DNA of 63,971 nt, the filler included, from Folioceros fuciformis (taxonomy: Eukaryota), in the NCBI GenBank assembly GCA_049999805.1. It is 4 parts of 4 records of this genome, joined end to end, with 100 filler letters (N's around TTAATTAATTAA, not from the genome) between each part and the next. Parts side by side here need not be neighbours in the genome. Positions count along the whole stretch, not along the records: positions 53,665 to 59,637 come from JBNGIO010006296.1; positions 59,738 to 63,971 come from JBNGIO010006306.1; 2 more parts are not named here. One strand, 5' to 3'. Below, one piece after another: positions 56,601 to 63,971 of this stretch (positions are counted from its first letter, which is position 1; every line of letters starts with the position of its first letter). Under the pieces are notes generated by a model, which was not told where the DNA came from, searched no databases, and was given only the letters and a program-made list of their open reading frames with translations. The translations under genes were made by a program, and so were the position numbers.

Positions 56601-59600
56601 GGCCTGAAACTCATGTGAGGTAAACTCCCCACCATTGTCTGAACGCAATGTTTTAAGCTGCTTCCCTGTCTAGTGTTCTGCAAATTTCAGGTAAGCTTTG
56701 AACTGTTCAAAACATTCACTCTTGGATTTGAGAATATAGGCAGTGACCAAACGTGTCGTGTCATCTGTAAATGTTAGGAAGTATCTTCCACCACCCAACG
56801 AAGGCTTGGACAAGGGGCCACACAGGTCTGTGTGCACCAATTCCAGGACTTCTGAAGCCCTATGTGGAGCCTTATTGCAAAAGGCTGCTTGGTGGCGTTT
56901 GGCAAGAACACAAGGTTCACACAAAGGTAGAGGCACTAACTTGCCTATGGGGCCATCAGCATACAAATCACTAGTAGCTAGTTGCTGTAATTTGCTGCTG
57001 TGTGGGTGACCCAATCTAGCATGCCACAACTTTGATTTTTCTATCTGTTGTGCAGAGGCTAGGGAGTCCTGATGTGTAAGGTGAGACTGCACTGCCCCAC
57101 CCTTGGTGTGCAAGCAAAACAGGTCATGTTCTGAGGACCCGTAGGCTAGGACTCTGCTAGGATTAAAGGCATCTATCACCTTACACTCTGTGTTTGGAAA
57201 CAGAATGTGGCTATTATTGTCTATGTTAAGACGCCTGACAGAGATGAGGTTGCGTGTCATCTCAGGGACATAATACACATCTATGAGTGACAGCATGACT
57301 CCAGATGGCACAGGCAACTCAACAGTCCCTATACTTGGAGAGACAAGTGATCTGTTATCACCTAGGTAGACATACTGGTCCTTGGCTGACCTGTATGTTG
57401 TGAAAGCATTTCTGTTGAAGCACATGTGAGCAGTGGCCCCCGTATCAAGGTACCACTCTGTATACTGTCCGGCTGTTCTTTTGGCTGACAGACATGTGGG
57501 TGAGGAGATAGGGTTGATGTACCCCTCTGTCCCAACCATAAGCGTTGATGGCGATGGTTGCTTCTTGACCACAACGTTGGTCTTAGCACTTGCCTCCTTG
57601 CGAGGTAAGCCTGCTTGCTTTTTCCTGCAGTCCCTCTCCCAGTGACTAGGGATTTTGCACCAGTTGCAAGTCCCTGACCTTTTATTTTTCTTGCCTGCAG
57701 ATTGTGATGAGTGGCCTCCTTGTGAGCTACCACCTCGGGATGAACCAGATCCGCCGCCTCTAGAGGATGGTCTTGCACCACCTCGTCCACGGTTGGATGT
57801 AAACAGCGCGTGCTGCTTGCCAGCACCCCTGCCTGGTCCACCTCTGGTCGATTCCTCTTCCAGGAGTGACCCAACAAGTTCTGCAAACGTTAATTCTGGT
57901 ACTTTGAGACCGGCTGACTTAGCCAGCTTGGCTACCTGTAACTGGGATGCATGGATTGATGTCACAAAGTGTGACCAGGAAGGAGGTAGTGAGAGTAACA
58001 GGTAAAGTGTTAGCATCTCATCCTTGATTGTTTCGCCAGTAGCTTGTTCTAGCTTGGAGACTAAGGTTCTGAAGATCATGACATGCCTTTCAACAGATTC
58101 TCCTTCACGCATCTTACACTGCTGAAGGTTATTGAGGGCTGATAGTTGATTGGCAGAATTCTTCCCTGCATACAACTCTTCCAGGCGATCCCAGATCTCT
58201 GCAGCAGTCTCACAGCCTGATGTTTAATGCATCATGTCGGCTGTGAGTCCACTTCTAATGAGGTACATAGCAGCATCATTCCTTTGCTGACGTGCCTCCT
58301 TTTGCAGGACTGTTTCTCCTTCTTCTGCAGTATCTAACCCTTTTGTTGTCTTCCAGAGTTTTCTGCTGTGGAGTGCGCCTTTCATGCGCATGACCCGAAT
58401 GTCATTTTGGCGGCCGTCGACCCTGTCTTTCTCCTTAAAACTTTCCCCACCTCCAACAACTGATGAAGAGGCTGTATCCCCCATTGTTGGAGGTCTGGAG
58501 GAATGATAAGGCTACTGGCTTGTATACAAAGGCAGCAATCACGCCAAGAGGGCAGCTAGCATGTTGACAGGTCTGATTACCTCATGCAAGCTGGCTGCCT
58601 GTTATGCTTCTTTCTCTGCTATCTGCTGTTTCCTTAACATGAGCCTATTGTATTCATAGGTTGAGCATGAAGGACAAGAATTGGGATCATCAAAGCGTTG
58701 ACTACTGTTAGTACACTTCACAGATCTGACAGCAAATGTGCGGAACTCTAGATTTTTCAAAAGTTCTGGCTTCAAAAAGACATGCAATTTATAGTCCAAA
58801 TGATAGGTCTGCTCTCTCAAATCATGTAAGTCTACACTCACACTAGCCACGCTCTTATTAAGATTTACAAATCGCTTGTCTACAAACAGGGAATGTGACT
58901 CCACTCTGGAAATGATTTGTGTGATTGTGGCTTGTGGTGTAGGCTGTGTTGTGAGGAAACCGTTAGGGTTCCTGTGTACATCTAAAGCAGCCCTGGGGCG
59001 CAAGTTCTGTTGATCAGCACCAAAAATCTGCTCATGAGGACCAACAATTAGGTTTTGGTGATCAGGATAGAGAGTGGAAACCAGCAGATTGTAGGCCTCG
59101 CGTAGACGGGTGCTGTGCGCAGGTCTGTCCTGGTTTCTGGAAATCCACTCTTGTGTATGTTGGTGAAGTCGTTCTGCTATATTCCTGTCATTAAGCTGTC
59201 CTCTGACTGAGCGATTGCGCTGGACCCGCTCAGCAGGCCGTGGCTGCCAGATCTGGCCTTCATTTTGTGCCATTTCTGATGGCTAAAACTCTGATTGTAG
59301 GGATGCGTACAGAATGCATCCTTATTTTCTTTAAATTTGTAATTGCCTCTAAATGCAAACTGCCAGATCTGACAAGTGTCCTAGCGAACCTATTCCAGAA
59401 TTGCTAGAATAGCAATCTGGCATAGATGCGCTAGAATGCTCTCCAGATCTGCAGATGCAATTATAAAACAGGCAAATTAAATTATAAAGAAAGGCAATCA
59501 GAATTTAAGTTCTTGATTATTTTTGGGCTATCTTTTAAAGAACATTTCTAAAAAGATAAGAGCCAAAAACATATGTTTGTGCACATCCAAACATGCACAA

Positions 59601-59637
59601 TTTGATGCGCATTCTCTAGAATGCAATCCACGCTACA
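53665..59637 (-). mobile_element. Ty1/Copia retrotransposon B (gag-PR-INT-RT-RH, 58484-54109, several stops and a frameshift); LTRs not visible (flanked by gaps)
   Basis: CNWCKIPSHWERDC zinc knuckle, WYLDTGATAHM protease, LWHARLGH, VHTDLCGP / RSDNGGE / PQQNGVAE integrase, YVDD RT and SSTEAEY RNase H; stops at ~58224, 56670, 55652 and 54790. Confidence 0.92.
58602..59273 (-). CDS. Extra 223-aa ORF of unknown function upstream of Copia B gag
   Basis: Intact ATG-to-stop ORF on the element's sense strand ending ~120 bp before the gag ATG; heptad-like segment and C-x12-CxxC; no family recognised. Confidence 0.5.
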   Translation of the reverse strand: MAQNEGQIWQPRPAERVQRNRSVRGQLNDRNIAERLHQHTQEWISRNQDRPAHSTRLREAYNLLVSTLYPDHQNLIVGPHEQIFGADQQNLRPRAALDVHRNPNGFLTTQPTPQATITQIISRVESHSLFVDKRFVNLNKSVASVSVDLHDLREQTYHLDYKLHVFLKPELLKNLEFRTFAVRSVKCTNSSQRFDDPNSCPSCSTYEYNRLMLRKQQIAEKEA

Positions 59638-59737
59638 NNNNNNNNNNNNNNNNNNNNNNNNNNNNNNNNNNNNNNNNNNNNTTAATTAATTAANNNNNNN
59701 NNNNNNNNNNNNNNNNNNNNNNNNNNNNNNNNNNNNN

Positions 59738-62700
59738 AGAATAGAGCAGAGGATTTTGTTCTCTGACTCTGATGATGATGAGGCATTTGGCATGATGGCG
59801 GTGCGCAAGAAAAAGAAAAAGGTTGTTGCTAACTTTGGTGAAGGCGTCACTGCGAAGGGAGTGCCGGAACGGGAATCGACCAAGATGCCGGAGAGTTTCC
59901 GGCAGGTCGAGGGAAACTCCACGACACAGAAGGTGTCAAGATCAGGTCGAGACGTTGAGGCGTTGCTGGACAAGGCCATGGAGGCGCCTGCAGTAAGTCT
60001 TGTGGATCTGGGAGTGAAAGGCAACAACTTCAAAAACATCATGCGAGAATGGCTTAGAAAGGAGCTTGAATCCGCAGGATCTCTCCCTAGTATGGCCAGT
60101 TTGTGTGGCGAGCATCTGATGCCAGAGGCGCGAGGTGGAGGAGGTGTTGCCATGATTGATAACACGGGACGGCACGTGACCTTTGATGGCTATGCTCCAG
60201 TAAACGTACTTGTAGACACAGGAGCGGATCCGGTACTGCTGGGAGCACGGGTGCAGGAGGCACTAAAGCTGTACGGACACAAGCTCGTTCCGAGCGACGT
60301 GAACATCACCACCTATGCAGGTACCAAGGAACAGGTACTGGGAATGACGAGGAGGCCCGTGAAGATTGAATTGAAGCCTGGCACGAAGGATGCCAGCATC
60401 GTTGAAGTGAGATGTTTGGTCACCAGTGCGAAGACATATGATGTCTTGCTGGGGTCGGACGGAACTCACCGTCCTGCCATGGGGGTTGATCCCTTGCACG
60501 CTGAAGCTTTCTACAGACCATTCTGGTGGAGAGGAGATTTCACGCATGTTGCACGAATTCCTCTAAGGATGAATAGGAGTGGTGGCAAGAGCAGGACGAG
60601 GATGACAGGCAGCACCATGATTGCCCACAGTGCTCAGAGTGAACATCGACATGAGATGTGGGAGGAAACGTAGGAGTTATCCTCTCTGGAGATGCCAAAG
60701 CCAAGAGAGCAGAAGGGTGTGCTTAAGGTGGTGCGCTCAGAATATTTGGATCAAGCGAGGGTTCGAGAGAACCAGCGAAGGAAGGAGGATCGACCGTGGA
60801 ATCTCACAGACACATGTCCTGAGAGGTCGATCCCAGGTATGGGGCCTGCCAAGTCGGGAGATCGACGCATCGACGATGCTCTAGTACGATGGAAGGTGGG
60901 CGCTCAAGGCATCCATTTGTTGGAGCTCTGCTCAGGAATCAGCAGTGGCCTGGAAGCGGTGTTGCAGTGTGGCGTCAAGATACGGCAATATACCTGCGTG
61001 GAGAAGGATGAGAAGATTCGAGCTGTCGCTAGGGGTCGAATCCTCAGGTTCTGCAAACAGTATCCAACACTACTGAGCGAGGAAGCAGTTCGAGGCTGTC
61101 AGAGCAGGCTGCCCACAGACGTGAACCTGGTTGGGAAGCGGCAGCTACAAGCCTTGTCAAGCCCAGTGGACATGCTGATCGCGGGATGGGAATGCAAGAC
61201 ATTTTCGACAGCAGGCAGAGGCAACAGTGAAGGCGTTTCGTTGGCTGCTGAGCTCGCACGAATCACGCGAGAAGTCCAGATTGCGAATCCACGATGTTGG
61301 TACATTCTGGAGAATGTGTGTGCAGCCATGGACAAACGTCCAGCTGTTAGGGCCCTGTATGAAGATCTTCGGGACCAGTTGGCAGAAAAGCCTATGTTGG
61401 CCAGGCCGAATTTTGATCACCCTTTCACTCTGTACACAGACTGGAGCACTGCGGGGATTGGAGCAGTGTTGTCACAACATGATGCAGATGGTGTTGAGCG
61501 AGTGATAGCTTATGCAAGCCGATCTAACAACTCCGCTGAAGTGAACTACTTCTCATATGAGGGAGAGTGTCTTGCTGCGGTATGGGCAGTTCTGCATTTC
61601 AGGGTCTATCTGTATGGAAGGCGTTTTCAACTGGTCACAGATCACCAGCCACTTCATTGGCTGATGACCAACATGAAGTTAAGTGGTAAGCTAGCCAGAT
61701 GGGCGCTGCTACTATCTGAGTACGATATGGAGATCGTGCACAGGGCAGGCAAGGTACATCACAATGCAGATGGGCTAAGCAGAAATCCGCTGGACAGTGA
61801 CAAGGATGTCACAGGAGCTCGACAGGACGAGGGGCACGTAGATGGTGCACCCAGCAGCTTCATGGCACTCATGGCCAGGACAGGTGAGCATGAAGAAGGA
61901 CATGTGTTGACAGAGTCCGTCAGGGATGTTTGGAGACATCCTCAAGCCCTACAGTTGCTGAAGGAAGGCACAGTGCCTGGAATGACTGAAGCAGGCTTGG
62001 CTAAACTCAGAAGGCGCGTGGCTAGATACTCATGGAAAAATGGTGAGCTGCTACTGTTAGAAGGAGAACTCGTGAGGAAAGTACCAAGTCATGAGGAAAG
62101 AGTGGGCATAGTGACCAAGGTGCACGAAACCCTTGGCCACTTTGGTGTGAAGAGGACACACCACATGCTGAAAAGCACGTATTTCTGGTCAGGGATGTAT
62201 GCAGATGTCGAGAAGGTGGTTGCTAAGTGTGCTGCATGTGATGCAGTCAAAGCCCGATTTAACACCCAGGATGTGGTGTTGCACTCCCTACCAATCAGGG
62301 GGCTATTCTTTAGATGGTCGGTTGACCTTATGCCAGAGCTTCCCCTCACAAAGCAAGGTAACCGACATTGCATGGTCATGATTGAGCATTTCTCTAAGTG
62401 GGTTGAAGTAGCGTTCTTGCCACAGAGAACTTCACACTACACTAGCAGAGCGTTTCTGCAGTGTGTGCTCAGCCGATTTGGGAGCTGCGCGGAAGTGCTC
62501 ACAGACCAGGGTAACGAGTTTCGAGGTGAATTCCAGACCTTGCTCGACAGGAGTCTCATTGATCACAGGAGGACATCGAGGGATCATCCACAGGCCGATG
62601 GCCTGGCAGAAAGGCTAGTGCAGACCTTCAAGGATGCACTAAGGAAATACTGCATTACTGTGGAGCCCAAGTGTTGGGATGAATTGCTCCCTTACATCGT

Positions 62701-63971
62701 GTTTAGGGTACAGGGTCAGTGTGCAGGCAGCTCTTGGAAGTTTCAGTCCATACTTTTTGTTATTCGGACGCAACGCAGTGTTGCCGAATGTGGTGAAGGA
62801 CACCTACTCCATCCCTGTTGACTGGAGCAAAGATGCAAATGTGTGCTTGGCACAGGTTCAAGCCAGAGCAGAAGTATTTCAAAGAATTCTTCCCATGGCT
62901 ATGGATAATTTGGCTGTGGCCCAGCATCGGGACCAGCTGAGGTATGCTTATACGCGGGGGGGCTCGTGGAAGCCCAAAGGCCGCAAGTTTGCATCTGGAG
63001 ATTACGTGTACTTGCAGCGCAGGCCTGCAAGCACGTTAGATGTCAGCACAGGAAGGCTTATCCTGCGAGTTGTCCAGGTTGGTGAGCAAGGTGTGGTTGA
63101 ACTTGAAGGAAGAGATGGCAGAAGGTGCAAGGAACACATGAAGCACTTGGCTCCATGCCATTTGCCTGATCTGGATACACGAACTGTGCCTCAGACCTGG
63201 ACGCCACCAGCAGATTTGCCCTGTGAGGAGTGTGGACACACAACTGACGACGAATTCATGTTGCTATGTGACAGGTGTAACCGTGGTTACCATCTGTTTT
63301 GCCTCAAACCGGCACTGGACAGTGTTCCAGAAGAAGAATGGCTATGTGAGCACTGTAATGTGCTAAGTGTGAACGTGGCTCTTACAGAAGGTGATACTGA
63401 GGTTGTCTTAAATTCACACACGTTGGAAGCTGAAACAGCAGTTGACAGTCTCTCTGGATTCAAGCTGCCCAGTGAGATTACGATTACACAGGAGGCACAA
63501 GAAGACCCATCAGATGATGAGGATCTAGAAGATGACGCCATTCCTCCTCCTCGGTCAGAACCACCGTCAGTGTTGGACAAGCTACGTTCTCGCTGGTGGG
63601 GACGTTGGTAAGTAGTTGTTTGTTTTCCTAGGCCAAGTTGGTCTAAACAATTTTGTGGGAAACCAGGTGGCTAGGCCTCCAAGTTTCCCAGGGGGGCTGT
63701 TGACGGGTCCCGGGTCTGCCTCTCTTAGGCAAACCTAGTCTCTTTTTGTAGCCTTGCTCTTGGCCATAGGCCAAGGACAAATTAAGGCTAGGATTGTTGC
63801 TCCTGGGCCGAAGGCCAAGGAGATCGCAGGCAGGCGGAAGCTTAGTGACCTAGCTTGGTAGACAGGCTAGGTAGGCATGCAGCTATGCGGCTGCTGCGCG
63901 ACAGCTGTCATGCTGTTGCTGTATGGGAAACAGAGCACCTAAGACTCTATGACTGGATACTGACTAGAGCA
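59738..63971 (+). mobile_element. Ty3/Gypsy-type retrotransposon: protease - partial C5 DNA methyltransferase - RNase H - integrase - PHD finger; no RT; PPT and probable start of the 3' LTR
   Basis: VLVDTGA protease; LELCSGISSG / CVEKD / AGWECKTFS / ILENV methyltransferase motifs; LYTDWS..GIGAVL, YEGECLA and TDHQPL RNase H; H-x4-H...CxxC plus SVDL / TDQG / GLAER integrase after RNase H (Gypsy order); C4HC3 PHD. One in-frame stop (60671) and a frameshift (~62700); AGGGGGG then TGTTGA at 63698. Confidence 0.9.

Noticed and set aside
50674-59637. Treating the Copia sequences as one element
   Set aside because: Two distinct, divergent RT-RNase H regions separated by a gap, so they are two elements.

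Overview
Gene-dense eukaryotic nuclear DNA from a seed-free land plant, most likely a hornwort (inferred from WW-type and KPAxA/'GRP'-type PPR editing factors, short introns and compact spacing). Bases ~1-49 kb hold about 12 protein genes: a UOS1/At4g18810-like NAD(P)-binding CIA30 protein, a class II diterpene cyclase (ent-CPS-like), a PLS-PPR with a truncated WW-type C-terminus, CCDC130/YJU2-like, ELF1, a multi-IQ protein, an SLC4/anion-exchanger-like transporter, RPL22, a ULP1 SUMO protease, a ricin-B + DUF642 receptor-like pseudokinase, MPP10, and a DYW:KP 'GRP' PPR with N-terminal OSB-type PDF motifs plus its truncated paralog. AT-rich islands with short tandem arrays separate the gene blocks. 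Bases ~50-64 kb are an LTR-retrotransposon cluster: an orphan LTR + PBS, two decayed Ty1/Copia elements with extra ORFs, and a Ty3/Gypsy element whose polyprotein carries a C5-cytosine DNA methyltransferase domain and a C-terminal PHD finger but no reverse transcriptase. The most striking items are the DNMT+PHD Gypsy element, the PDF-motif/PPR/U-to-C-type editor fusion and the ricin-B/DUF642 receptor kinase. Three 100-nt N-gaps with a TTAATTAATTAA linker break contiguity. Exon boundaries and repeat ends were read by eye and are approximate; family calls are motif recognition, not database searches.
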